DNA from: Podarcis melisellensis
Taxonomy: Eukaryota
Direction: 5' to 3' (one strand)
DNA length: 64,000 nucleotides
Assembly (NCBI GenBank): GCA_964234715.1
Contig: OZ174280.1
In this document: one piece after another, positions 1 to 11,878 of the stretch
Layout of the letters: each line of letters opens with the position of its first letter
Position numbering within the stretch: the first letter of the stretch is position 1
Notes under the pieces: model-generated
The model's input: only the letters and a program-made list of their open reading frames with translations
What the model was told of the DNA's origin: nothing
Database searches by the model: none
Position numbers and translations under genes: made by a program

Positions 1-815
1 TACTCATGCAAGATCTCACAGGTCCATCTGAATTCCTATGAGCTCTTGTAAGCACATCCCAAAGCAGGCACGCTGAAAAGGCCTTGCCACCCAAGCAAGG
101 CAGAGAGTTTAAAAACTCTTTATCCACCAAGTAACCTTAAGTGGACCTGGTGCAAAGAGAGCTTTTGAGGTCTCTAGCTTGCTTGAATTTAACTTGTGCA
201 ATTTCAACCAGCCTGCCTTCAACTGCATATAGCTGAAATTGCACAAAGTAAATGTGCCTAAGATGCAATTTTACTGTATTTGCAGATTGAGATCAGACAA
301 CCCTATTGAACAGAGTTGACCATTTATTAGCTGCAGGCTGTCCAATGTGCAGGGACAGACAAGGTTTTCCTATCAACTATGCACACTAGGTATCCTCCAA
401 CACTACATTTCTACCCATCTGTAAAGCTAAGTTAACCATGACCTACTTCAAAGAACTGCTGTGAAGATATATGGGATAACTATTATAAATTATTTGCCAT
501 ACTAGACATATGATAATGTTTATCTACAGTTGGGACCTGCAACAAAACTGTAGTGTGGAGTGCATCTGTCTGGATTCTAGTCAACCCCTCTCCAGTTTTC
601 CATTTATTAAAAAATCTCAGGAAATTATACTTCTGTGGCCCCTGAGCTCTCCCCCCTTCTTACAGGGGGATTTACTCATTTAAAAAAAATATCTCTGAAA
701 ACCTTGTGTTTTCTCTGAGCCTGCTGATACTTCCCTCCTGTGTGTGGATGGTGCTGTTCTGGCTACATAAGAGTCTATACTGAGTTTGACATTAGAATAT
801 ACTAGGATACCAGAC

Positions 816-1565
816 AGAAAGTGAGGAGGAATTAAAGAACCTTTTAATGAGGGTGAAAGAGGAGAGCACAAAATATGGTCTGAAGCTCAACATCAAAAAA
901 ACGAAGATCATGGCCACTGGGCCCATCACCTCCTGGCAAATAGAAGGGGAAGAAATGAAGACAGTAAGAGCCCTGATATTGGGCTCCATGATCACTGCAG
1001 ATGGTGACAGCAGTCACGAAATTAAAAGACGCCTGCTCCTTGGGAGAAAGGTGATGGCAAACCTAGACAACATCTTAAAAAGCAGAGACATCACCTTGCC
1101 AACAAAGGTCCGTATAGTAAAAGCCATGGTTTTCCCAGTAGTGATGTATGGAAGTGAGAGCTGGACCATAAAGAAGGCTGATCGCCGAAGAATTGATGCT
1201 TTTGAATTATGGTGCTGGAGGAGACTCTTGAGAGTCCCATGGATTGCAAGAAGATCAAACCTATCCATTCTTAAGGAAATCAGCCCTGAGTGCTCACTGG
1301 AAGGACAGATCCTGAAGCTGAGGCTCCAATACTTTGGCCACCTCATGAGAAGAGAAGACTCCCTGGAAAAGACCCTGATGTTGGGAAAGATTGAGGGCAC
1401 AAGAAGAAGGGGATGACAGAGAATGAGATGGTTAGACAGTGTTCTCGAAGCTACAAACATGAGTCTGACCAAACTGCGAGAGGCAGTGGAAGACAGGAGT
1501 GCCTGACGTGCTCTGGTCCATGGGGTCACGAAGAGTTGGACACGACTAAACGACTAAACAACAAC
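816..1565 (+). mobile_element. 5'-truncated BovB (RTE-clade) LINE, RT C-terminal region plus 3' tail
   Basis: ORF 847-1416 reads GLKLNIKKTKIM..EIKRRLLLGRK..VFPVVMYGSESWTIKKADRRRIDAFELWCWRRLLRVPW, typical of RTE/BovB; 3' end GGGGTCACGAAGAGTTGGACACGACT plus (CAA)n tail; 12-bp TSD AGGATACCAGAC at 804-815 and 1566-1577. Confidence 0.95.
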
Positions 1566-4186
1566 AGGATACCAGACTGCCTGTCTGGTAGAATTAAACT
1601 GAGGAAGATGAGATTTGGTGACAAAATAAGTAACTCTGAGCTCTTGATAACCAAGTTTAGTTTCCATATTCCATATGTCCACTTCTTATTTCTCAGGAGT
1701 TTAGATGTTCTCCAATTTTTGCTAATTCCCACTTTATGTCTGCTCAGGTAAGGCAAGCAGCTGTGAGAGGAGGCATTTTACCTCACCTGCAAATTGGTCC
1801 CAGTGGGGCTCAGTGGATGCTAGATTTTGTTCTGCCCAGATGCAGGGAGAATAATTAGAATTAGCTTATTACTCCCCAGGTCTGAACAATTTCCTTTCAT
1901 TTTCATATTTTGCATACACCTGAAAGGAATACAGATAAATAAGTAAGTAAATAAATTGAAATGTGTAGAGGAAATAATGGACCCAGTCTTGGGGCCTATT
2001 TTCAAAATGTTTGTTTTTAGTCCTGAATTGTACTATGGTTCTCTAGATTCTTTATGCAGGGCAAGCCATCAATGCTTCCAGAAAAGCTATACATACATCC
2101 TTCTTCTGTTGCTTTAATGACTGGCTTAGTACAGCATCAGAGTACTAACATGCTAATTATTTTTGGCAAGTAGAAAATTGCTTCGGGGTGGTGAAAATCC
2201 ACTATCCAGCCATGAAACTGAAACTCTTCTATCTACCACTAGTCTTATCTATAAATGACTGTTCTTCAATCAGATAGCAATTCCAAACGAGATAGCAAAA
2301 TGGTAAGAGAATAGCCCATCCTGGAGAGATCAGGTCAGAATGAGAAGATCCACTGCTGGTTAGCTGAATCCATTTCAAGCCTTCTCCTCTATTTACTCAG
2401 TGCACAGTGACAGCCTGTCTAAAAAAACTATTGATGAGAGGAAGAGTGGGGCATACATTAATGTAATGAACAATAAATGGTGTGAACTACAAGAAAGTCT
2501 AATGAACATGCAGATTTCAAGCTCACGACCACCATTTTGGATGCAGTGACCTAAAAGTGTTAGGAATATATTTTCTGAATTCAACACAGATGTTCTACTT
2601 GATCTGAAGTATTTAGCAGCTACCACCCCTGAATACCATTTCTGTGATGAATTCACTTGCCACCGGTCTGCAGTTCTGCTCTGACAGCAGCAATAAATGA
2701 ACCTCACAACACTAAATAATAAAGTACTATCCTATCCCATCCTTTCTTCAAAGATTGCCTTCACTTTATTCACTGGGGTCATGGCTAGAGCAAAGGCTCC
2801 ATGAGCTAAGGCTTTTATATATATATAAAAAGTGAGGACAAATGTGTGGAATTTCAAGAGAAAGATGGGAGGGTAAAGTACTCCTTGGATTACCGAGCCT
2901 GGGGAGGCTCATGTCTCTAAAAAGCAAGTCAGCAAATTGAAGCAAGTTCAAAGATGTTATCAGAAGTTCAGTTCAACTGGAGTTTTGCTCATGCCCCACA
3001 AATATGTGCTTATATCAACTTCACTCTGAGCGCACAGCACTAGGGCAGGTAATCAGAAACAAATCAAGCTAAATATACTCCCATCAGGGGAAGTTATGGT
3101 ACTCCCACCCAGTATCCAAAGTTACTGCAGTATATGGGAATAATCCCACAATAATCAGTATGTGTAATGGATCACTTAAGTGAGGAAGATTAAAGTGCTC
3201 AGAATGAAAGTGCTCCCCCATTTTATGTATGTCTTGAGAGGAATTTCTCAGTACTTTTCACAACAATATTCTAAATGAATCAATATTTTGTAAGGTTCTC
3301 AATGGCTTCTTCCCCTCAGCTATCCCTCCAAATAATGCAGTTACCAACAGATGAAGCGGGGGTATTGGTGTTGTATTTCCTTATCTGGAACTGCACCATA
3401 CTGTTGGTGGGCACTCAATTGCTACAGGGATCTGCCATTTTTAATCCTTTTATGTGCTCTCTTACTGAGGTGTCCTCAGATCTAAGCATAGCCAGGGAGG
3501 GCTGACACCCTACTGTTCATCTTAGCTGCAATAAAAGTATTGGGACAGATTAACAATGACATTTTATGCATGCCCTGGGGCAACCCTTGTTTAAAAATTG
3601 GAAGTTCTACATTTATCTGGGCAGGGGGTAGAGCGCTGGTCAAGTTAAACCAGTTAATTGCGATTTTGTCCTCTTTTCAGATCTGAGGAAAAACTGTAGC
3701 TTACTGATAACCACAAATTGGCAAAGCATTCAATTGCACACCCTCCTGATTTTTGTATTTGGCCCTGCGGTCCTTAAAACACCTGAATCTTCTACTGTGT
3801 TGGGAACCGAAGTCCACCATTCTGCATCTGTAAAGTGGTCTCCAACAGAAATAGGAGTAGGAGGCTTCTCTTCTGTCTGCCAGAATACCTGATAAAGTTT
3901 TACTGATTGTATTACCTGGGCAGTCTGACCATTCTTTTGAGATGGTAAATACTTTAGTTCTTGCATCTAGGTCACTGACCCACCCTATTCATACATAAAT
4001 ATGCCCTTAAGTCAAGATTTGAAAGCAAAAGAACTATTGGGGAAGGGTTCTCCAAGATGTCTCCTTTTGTAGAGGAAATATTTGGAGTAATGAGGAGAGC
4101 CAGAGATGGCTTTTTGTGATTGTTCTGTGTGCTAAAATAATGTGTAATTTTCTCAGGGAATATTTCCGAAGTTTTGATGGATGAAG

Positions 4187-4326
4187 CATGGGCATAGTCA
4201 AGGGGGTGGGGGTGGGGGTGGGGCAGGGAGGGGCAGCTGCCCCCTTAAATCAATAAAAACCGAGGTTCTGCCCCCCCCCCAACAAAAGGCATGTTCCCCC
4301 TAACAAAAATCCTAGTTACGCCCGTG
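4187..4326. mobile_element. short non-autonomous DNA transposon (hAT-like MITE)
   Basis: Imperfect terminal inverted repeats CATGGGCATAGTCAAG / CCTAGTTACGCCCGTG; G-run and C-run interior; flanking 8-mers match only 5/8. Confidence 0.5.
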
Positions 4327-5280
4327 AGGTCAAGCTTCTGATTTGAAATTGGGGTGTCCCAATTTCAAGGCTTTGTTTCCCTCTCACAGTGCTGCCCTGG
4401 CAGTGAGTGAGAGAGTGGCAACAGCAGATCGCAGAGGCCACGCAGGGTCTGAGACTCACCTGCCATCCGCACAGTGGATTGGACTCTCCAAGGTTGGTTC
4501 TTTGGATCAGATCTGCATGGATCTTGCCTCTCTTCCCCTCGCAATTTGGTGATCTGCAAGCTTGATGGTCCGGCGTGATTACGTATGTCACTCGCCAGGG
4601 CACCTTTCAGAGAGACGGGGGGGCAGGGATTAAAAGGGCTGCAGTGCAGATTGGAGCTGGCAACAGCAATGGTTGAGTCCTGAGCAACTAGCAAGATGGA
4701 CGAGAGGGCAGGAGGAAAGGGAACGAGGGCTGATGCCCAGTGCTAGGGTCTCATCCGGTTATGTGTGAGTTAATGAAGAGCTGTCAGTAGTGCCTCTGAG
4801 CATGTACTGAGTAAGTGTGCACCTATTTCCTCCACCACCCTTCCCCCCCAGACAGAAACACCTTGCATTCCTCAGATAAAAATGTCCTGATTTTCATCTG
4901 AGTGATGTTGGAAGGTATGAATTAGTGTTTTGTTACTTCCTTTTCTCTCCATATCTTAGCTATCACTCTGCCCAAACCTTTTGTATTCAAACATTTCCCT
5001 GATGCATCTGGGCCTCCATTTCACCCTGCCATATCCCTAAAAACACCCTTATACAGCAACAGTAGTTCTCACCTCCTCCATCTAGCCCTGCCACTATAAT
5101 GAAGTGTAAGCTACTGACCCAGGCCTCAGGCATTGGTTGCCATAGGGAGCATGTGTTTGTGAAACATGTGAATGGAGACATGTGCACTAGGACATGTCAA
5201 CATGTGCAGGCTTGGTAACACACAAGTGAGAGCCCAGGGGTCTGAACACTCATCCCCCACCACCACTTTCTGAACACGGC

Positions 5281-6025
5281 CCTGAAGGACCAGGTGCGCA
5301 GCCTGGGAGTCATTTTGGACTCACAGCTGTCCATGGAGGCACAGGTCAAATCTGTATCCAGGGCAGCTGTTTACCAGCTCCACCTGGTACGTAGGCTGAG
5401 ACCCTATCTGCCTGCAGACTGTCTCGCCAGAGTGGTACATGCTCTGGTTATCTCCCGCTTGGACTACTGCAATGCGCTCTACGTGGGGCTACCTTTGAAG
5501 GTGACCCAGAAACTACAACTAATCCAGAATGTGGCAGCTAGACTGGTGACTGGGAGCGGCTGCCGAGACCATATAACACCGGTCTTGAAAGACCTACATT
5601 GGCTCCCAGTATGTTTCCGAGCACAATTCAAAGTGTTGGTGCTGACCTTTAAAGCCCTAAACGGCCTCGGTCCAGTATATCTGAAGGAGCGTCTCCTCCC
5701 CCATGGTTCTGCCCGGACACTGAGGTCCAGCTCCGAGGGCCTTCTGGCGGTTCTCTCACTGCAAGAGGCCAAGTTACAGGGAACCAGGCAGAGGGCCTTC
5801 TCGGTAGTGGCGCCTGCCCTGTGGAACGCCCTCCCATCAGATGTCAAAGCGATAAACATCTACCTGACATTCAGAAGACATCTGAAGGCAGCCCTGTTCA
5901 GGGAAGTTTTTAATATCTGACATTTCAGTGTATCTTTTATCTTTGTTGGAAACCGCCCAGAGTGGCTGGGGAAACCCAACCAGAAGGGCGGGGTACAAAT
6001 AATAAATTATTATTATTATTATTAT
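5281..6025 (+). mobile_element. 5'-truncated L2-clade LINE (RT C-terminus, 3'UTR, (TTA)n tail)
   Basis: ORF 5294-5920: LGVILDSQLS..SRLDYCNALYVGLP..LQLIQNVAARLV..HITPVLKDLHWLPV..FSVVAPALWNALP, typical of L2 ORF2; ends GAAACCGCCCAGAGTGGCTGGGG...(TTA)n. Confidence 0.92.
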
Positions 6026-6185
6026 AACAATCTAAAAATATATTCCCAGCCCTTCCAAATGCTCTATTATTTTCATGCTGAATTGAGACCTGACCAAGGG
6101 TCAATTCTCTTATAATGAGAGTGGCACCATTGCTGCTTCCCATACCACTTTAACACAGGCAGGACATGCTAAAACAGGCTAATAC

Positions 6186-8029
6186 TATCAGGTGTGCGTG
6201 CAGGAGCCAGGCCCTGTGATCAATAGGACCGCAGGACTGGAGCCTTCCTAAGTTTGTTCTGAAGACGCAGGGCACGGCGACAGGATCTGTTCACCAAGGC
6301 CTGGTTGGATACTAGCCCGGTGCCTTCAGAACTGGGGGGTGCGCTGCTTGATGTCCGGGATGGGTGTGTGTCTCATCGCAGCCGGCTCTAAATTCCAGAG
6401 GGGCCGCTCCGGACCCAGGTCCTTGAGCAGTGCCATGATGTGTGAACTGCCGGACATGGGGGATACGCAAAGACACTGCAGCTATTGGCTTGAGCTTTCT
6501 GGTAGCCAGGGGTTCGGGCGGACATTAAGTAGTACGTGCGGTCCTGTGAGACTTTTGATTGGACCAAGGTGCCACGGCAGAGACCCTTGGGGCTCCTCCA
6601 GCTGTTACCCACCCCCTACAGGCCATGGTCAACACTTTCTATGAACTTCATCGTGGACCTCCCTGTGTCCAAAGGACAGTTGGTCATTCTGGTGGTGGTG
6701 GATTTACTCACCAAGATGGTACACTTCATCCCAGCTCAAAGCCTCCCCACAGCGCAACAGACAGCCCACTTGTTTCTTGAACCCATGTTCCGGCTACATG
6801 GGCTCCCGGATGCGGTGATCTCCGATAGGGGTCCCCAGTTCACGTCCCGGTTCTGGGCGGCCTTCCTCAAGGGACTGGGTATTGAGAGGCGCCTCTCTTC
6901 CGCATACCACCCTCAAACACATGGCCAGACGGAGAGGGTTAATCAAGTCCTGGAGCAATCTCTCCACTGGTTCCTGAGCTACCATCAGGACGATTGGGTG
7001 GACCTTCTGCCACTGGCTGAGTTTGCCTATAACAACACCTGCCATGCCTCCACGGGACAGAGCCCTTTCTACGCTAACTACCGGCGGCGTCTCTCGTGCC
7101 TTCCGCCAATGATCGGTTCTCCCACATCCAGGAAACACAAGCTGACCTGATACGGCACCTAGAGAGAGCCAAGGCAGATTATAAGGCGCAAGCAGATTGG
7201 CAGCGGCAGCAGGGGCCCGCATTCCAGGTTGGGGATAAGGTCTGGCTGTCGTTGGAGCACCACCGCACTGGACGTCTGTCGGCTAAGATGGACCAGGGAC
7301 CATTCACCACCCTGCGGCATATCAATCCGGTCACCTACAAGTTGGAGCTTCCCCCCTACCTAGTGTGTAGTGTGTCACGTATCCCACCTGAAGCATTGCC
7401 CCACTGCCAGTCCAGGTTGACGGCCATGATGAGTTCCAGGTCGCCCAGATTCTGGACTCGAAATGGCTCCATGGCAAGCTCTACTGTCTAATTGACTGGG
7501 TGGGCTATGGGCCAGAAGAACGATCGTGGGAGCCGTCCGACTTCGTGAACACGCCCACCAAAGTACGGGCCTTCCATCGGAGGTTCCCAGACAAGCCTGG
7601 GCCATGACCGGGGATGGAAACCCATTTTCCTATGGGTGGGAGTACTGTCAGGTGTGTGTGCAAGAGCCAGGCCCTGTGACAATAGGACTCTGCAGGACTG
7701 GGGCCTTCCTATGTTTGTTCTGAAGAGGCAAGGCGTGGCCACACAGGTGAGGCCAACTGGTAACTCACAGCACCTGGTGGCAAGAGCAGGGAAGGGATAT
7801 AAGGTCAGCATTTTCCCTTCAGCTCTTTGCCACAACAACACATTCCCTGCCTTTCTGCGCTTGACTCTCGGACCCTTGGCTTCTTGATTCCCGGATCTCT
7901 AACCCTCGGAATCTAGGCTTTCTGACTCCTGTCTTCTGGACTCCCGTTCCTGCTCCCACCTCGCTATCTTGCCCCCGGTCCCAACATCCCCAGCCGGGAC
8001 TTCGATCGCCCGTGAACCGGAATGTGACA
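6186..8029 (+). mobile_element. internally deleted Ty3/Gypsy chromovirus LTR retrotransposon (partial 5' LTR, integrase-chromodomain, PPT, full 3' LTR)
   Basis: 5' LTR remnant 6186-~6285 resembles the start of the 3' LTR 7646-8029 (TGTCA...TGACA); 5-bp TSD AATAC at 6181-6185 and 8030-8034; integrase core SMNFIVDLP..SDRGPQF..SSAYHPQTHGQTERVNQ; GPF motif; chromodomain 7431-7607; purine tract GGGTGGGAG 7634-7642. Confidence 0.93.
6431..7607 (+). pseudogene. disrupted Gypsy integrase (HHCC zinc finger, DDE core, chromodomain)
   Basis: Stop at 6443-6445 in the zinc-finger region, first catalytic Asp read as Asn (AAC 6644-6646), frameshifts near 7080 and 7370-7400; the C-terminal chromodomain frame is open to TGA 7605-7607. 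Confidence 0.85.
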
Positions 8030-8308
8030 AATACCATAAAATTGGCTTTTGAGTGTTCTGCCCCAGAGTCTTACCAGGTAATAACTCACAGACCTCTCTA
8101 TCTGCTTAGGAATTTTTCAGACGTAGCTTCTACATCCCTGCTCTTTGCAAAATATTATCTTCCTCACACTTTCCATCTCCTATGGAACAGCACAAACATC
8201 CTGCTTGTTTAAGTAGGCAGGAGAGGAGAATGGGTGCAAGAGCCAGGGGAAGAATGGGATGGTGAATCTGCATTCCCCTTGTGGTTGAAAGAGAAAGAAG
8301 AGTATTCT

Positions 8309-8530
8309 AGACCCTCCAAGTGTCCCTATTTTCCAGGGACAGTACCGCATTTACAGAAGTCATCCTGGTTTCTGATTTTATCCTAGAATGTTCCACTTTT
8401 CCTTAGGATGTCCCTATTTTAATCGGATAAATGTTGGCAGCTATGGAGTTATGCAACCCCCCAAGCCAAGAAGATAAGTAACTATACAGCTTTTAGAAGA
8501 TATTGGAAGGCAGCCATGTATAGGGAAGTT
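8309..8530. mobile_element. interspersed repeat, probable non-autonomous DNA transposon (second copy at 48500-48690)
   Basis: AGACCCTCCAAGTGTCCCTATTT..CAGGGAC..CATCCTGGTTTCTGATTT..GATGTC.CTATTTT recurs nearly identically at 48501. Confidence 0.75.
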
Positions 8531-8913
8531 CTTAACCTGAGGTACCACTTTAGTTGATGGGGCCTCCCGCTACTGCCGCGCAACTTCTGTTCTCATCCTG
8601 AAGCAAAGTTCTTAACCCAAGGTACTATTTCTGGGTTAGCAGAGTCTGTAACCCGAAGCGTCTGTAACCCAAGACCTCAGTTTAAGAACAGCCCTGTTTA
8701 CAAACTATTCAGTTTATGAACTCCACAAAACCAGAAGTAGTGTCCCGGTTTGCAAAACTTTACCTCGGTCTAAGAATGGAAGCCGAAGGGTGGAAGGGCA
8801 CTGGTGGCGGGAGGCCACATTAGGGAAAGTGCACCTCAGTTTAAGAACGGGTTCGGTTTAAGAACAAACTTCTGGAATGGATTAAGTTTGTAAACCAAGG
8901 TACTGTACCACTG
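8530..8913. mobile_element. fused Tc1/mariner-type MITE fragments
   Basis: Repeated GAGGTACCACT/AAGGTACT motifs and a terminal GTACCACTG|TA, the same terminus type as the MITE at 12012-12248. Confidence 0.7.
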
Positions 8914-9737
8914 TACTGAGAAGGAGCAAAGAGTGTTACAATATCATAGGTTTCTTTTGCTATGACATACCACATACGTAATAAAGATGCATGAGACCAA
9001 GAATAATGGCACACTCCAGCTCATTCTAACTTTAAATCTGTAAATGCCTGAGTCACATATACACTCATTATTCAAGCATTTTAACAATTTTGCACTTAAT
9101 GTACAAGGAAAAATACCATCAAATAATTCAGTCCACTACTTTAACATGTTCTTGAATAAAAGGCCCAGTTTAGTTGCATGTTTCCCAATATTCACATACC
9201 ACTGAAACATCCTCTTCTCTCCTTTCCAGATCACCCTTTTTAGCATGCTTTAGCTGAATCTGTGCAGCCTCTTTTCAATCTTTCAATCTTTCAGTCTTTG
9301 TTTTCCTCACTTCTATAATGTTTCATTCCTTTCATATTTTTTAGCTTTTTCTCACTCCCTCTTGATTCTCTTAATGTCTTCTGCATTTTATCTGTAGTTT
9401 GCCTTCTGCATTCATACCTAATGCAATTGCACTCTTAGAAATTCTCTCTAGCGGCATATCTGAGACACTTTGAAGGTAAATTACATCTATAAAGCAAAGT
9501 CCCTGGAGACTTTAAAAGCCCATTTCTCTTCTATTAGACTGAATAGAAATACTCATGAGCAAGTAAAAGCAACCACTTCCTTTCACAAATAATTCAGCAT
9601 TCTACCTCAGGGGCTGTGGGGCAAAAAGGGAACCAGAAATGAATGTACCCACAAATTTACATTGCTCTAATCATCTCACAAGACTGATAACACAAATCCC
9701 CAACAATGGCTGTTTATGAAAGTACTTTGTACCTGCT

Positions 9738-10229
9738 CAGTGGCATAGCTAGCCACTTGGGTGCCCGGGGGGGGGGCAGGGCGAGCTGCCCATGGGGGCG
9801 GGGTGAGCCATCCATGGGGCAGGGCAAGCTGCCTATTGGGGGGGGGCAAGCCAAGGCAGGGCGCGCTGCATGGAGCCTCTCCACAACCTCCCCCTCAACT
9901 GTAGGGTGGCTGAGGCGGTGGGCAGATGCAAGCCCCACGCTGCTGTTTCAGGCAGCGCCTGGAGCCTGCAGGTACCCAAGCCACCACGTCACTCCCAGGA
10001 GAGACGCACAGCTCGGGCATGCTGCAGGCCCCGCGGTAAGTGCCGGTCCCCATGGTGTGGCGCCCAGTGCCAGCCGCGTTTCGTTGCGTTTGTTGACTGA
10101 ACTAAAAAGTTTAGTGAGCCCAGTTTTTTTTTAAAAAAAACCCCTCACATTTTTGTCATTTTGTCACCCTCCTCAGTGATGACACCCGGAACAGCCCACA
10201 CCCATCACACACCCCTTCCTACACCACTG
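9738..10229. mobile_element. non-autonomous hAT DNA transposon
   Basis: TIRs CAGTGGCATAG / CTACACCACTG; 8-bp TSD TACCTGCT (9730-9737) and TACTTGCT (10230-10237), one mismatch; GC-rich interior. Confidence 0.8.
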
Positions 10230-11130
10230 TACTTGCTTATATGTCTGGCAGGCTGGGCAACAAATATCTCATGGCTTACATACAACACAAGTAACACTTA
10301 TGTATAGCCAGAGCTCCTGTTATTATCCCAAGAATGCCAAACTTCATTTTTCTAAAAGTCACATTCTAGTCCTCATTGTTAAAGAGAAAAGATGGAACAT
10401 GTGATGTTAATAAAAAGTAAAGAAATCTGAAACATTAAACAAAAGCTACAAGTCATTTGTACTTATGCTCTAGTGATTTTTAAATTCCTACATTTTTAAG
10501 ATCAGAGGATTTCACTACCACCACAGCCATTCTTTACAACCAGGCTCATTCACATAAAGAAGGCATCCTGCAGCATTTCCTCACTGAAGCTGTCACATAA
10601 GCCACTGTTCCAGCACTGTAGTCTGGTATAATAGTGGCTCTTGCATTCTGCAAATGTTAGTGACCTGAAGCTACAATTGCAGTTCACCTGTGAGCTATTT
10701 CTCTGAAAGTGAGGTCTGGTTTGTCATTTGCCTCTTTCACTCTCCTTTGCTGTGGAAGTAGGTGTGTTTTCCCAAGGCAAATCCACAACTGATCTGTTCT
10801 TCCCAAATCAGAAGTAAATGTGCAAAGGTACAAAATAGCATAGTCTGTTGGCTAGATGTCCTTTAGGCATCATCGGGAGAAAATATTCTTGGAATACTGT
10901 AGGCCATTTTTGTGGGGGCATGGGGATGTTCATGAAAGTGAAAGAACACCACTTATAGCCTATAGCTTCCAGCTAAAACCACTCCAATGTCAATCATTTA
11001 GGATTGTCAACCTTTGAGAACCTGTCAGCACAATTGGAGATTTTGGCAAGAGTGACCTGGGCACCACCCATTCTGATAGCTCTTCCCCCTCCCGCAACTC
11101 CCCCCCTGAAAGACGAAATTTGTGTGTATG

Positions 11131-11159
<29 letters not shown>
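11131..11159. repeat. (CA)n microsatellite
   Basis: Direct reading. Confidence 0.95.
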
Positions 11160-11161
<2 letters not shown>

Positions 11162-11408
11162 CTTAATCCAGATTGTTGTACCATGGCAGTGCTGAAAAGC
11201 ACTGAATATATAATTTTTACAATTAAGTAAATTAAGGCAAATGTGATTTGAAGCCAGGGGTCCATTTGCTTATGTGTGCTCGTAAAGCTAAAAAAAAAAA
11301 TAGAAATAGAAATTTGGGTTTGCACAAGAGCAGTTCAAGCCAGGAAAGGATTTGGAGTTGTTCCCATGCCAATTTCTTTCTTCCCCATTATCTTTCACAC
11401 CTCTTGTA

Positions 11409-11730
11409 AGGTAAAGGTAAAGGTATCTCTGACCATTAGGTCCAGTCATGACCTACTCTGGGGTTGCAGCGCTCATCTCGCTTTATTGGCTGAGGGAGCC
11501 GGCGTACAGCTTCCGGATCATGTGGCCAGCATGACTAAGTGGAAACACCGTTTACCTTCCCACTGGAGCAGTACCTTATTTATCTACTTGCACTTTGATG
11601 TGCTTTCGAACTGCTAGGTTGGCAGGAGCAGGGACCGAGCAATGGGAGCTCCCCCCGTTGCGGGGATTTGAACCGCCGACCTTCTGATCGGCAAGTCCTA
11701 GGTTTAACCTACAGCGCCACCTGTAACCCC
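11409..11730 (-). mobile_element. Sauria SINE (Squam1)
   Basis: (AAAGGT)n = reverse complement of the (ACCTTT)n tail; body homologous to the + strand copy at 31377-31735; TSD ACACCTCTTGTA at 11397-11408 and 11731-11742. Confidence 0.9.
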
Positions 11731-11878
11731 ACACCTCTTGTACTTTAAGGCTAATTTTTATTTTTAAATGTTTTTGTGCAAGAGGAATTCTGTGAAAAGG
11801 AGCTGCTTAACAAAATTAAGATACACATAAAGGACAGTCTGCATCCTTTCCTTTGGGTTGACAGAAGCAAAAAGTGGC

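Noticed and set aside
1014-1529. 171-aa minus-strand ORF
   Set aside because: Antisense shadow of the BovB ORF
816-1565. BovB as evidence of ruminant origin or contamination
   Set aside because: It is integrated with a TSD among squamate-type SINEs, and BovB is native to squamates
5148-5208. Cluster of ACATGT/CATGTG motifs as a p53 or bHLH response element
   Set aside because: Half-sites mismatch RRRCWWGYYY and are irregularly spaced; no further support
9706-10134. 142-aa GC-rich ORF
   Set aside because: Lies inside a non-autonomous hAT element; no transposase motif; stop-poor because of GC content
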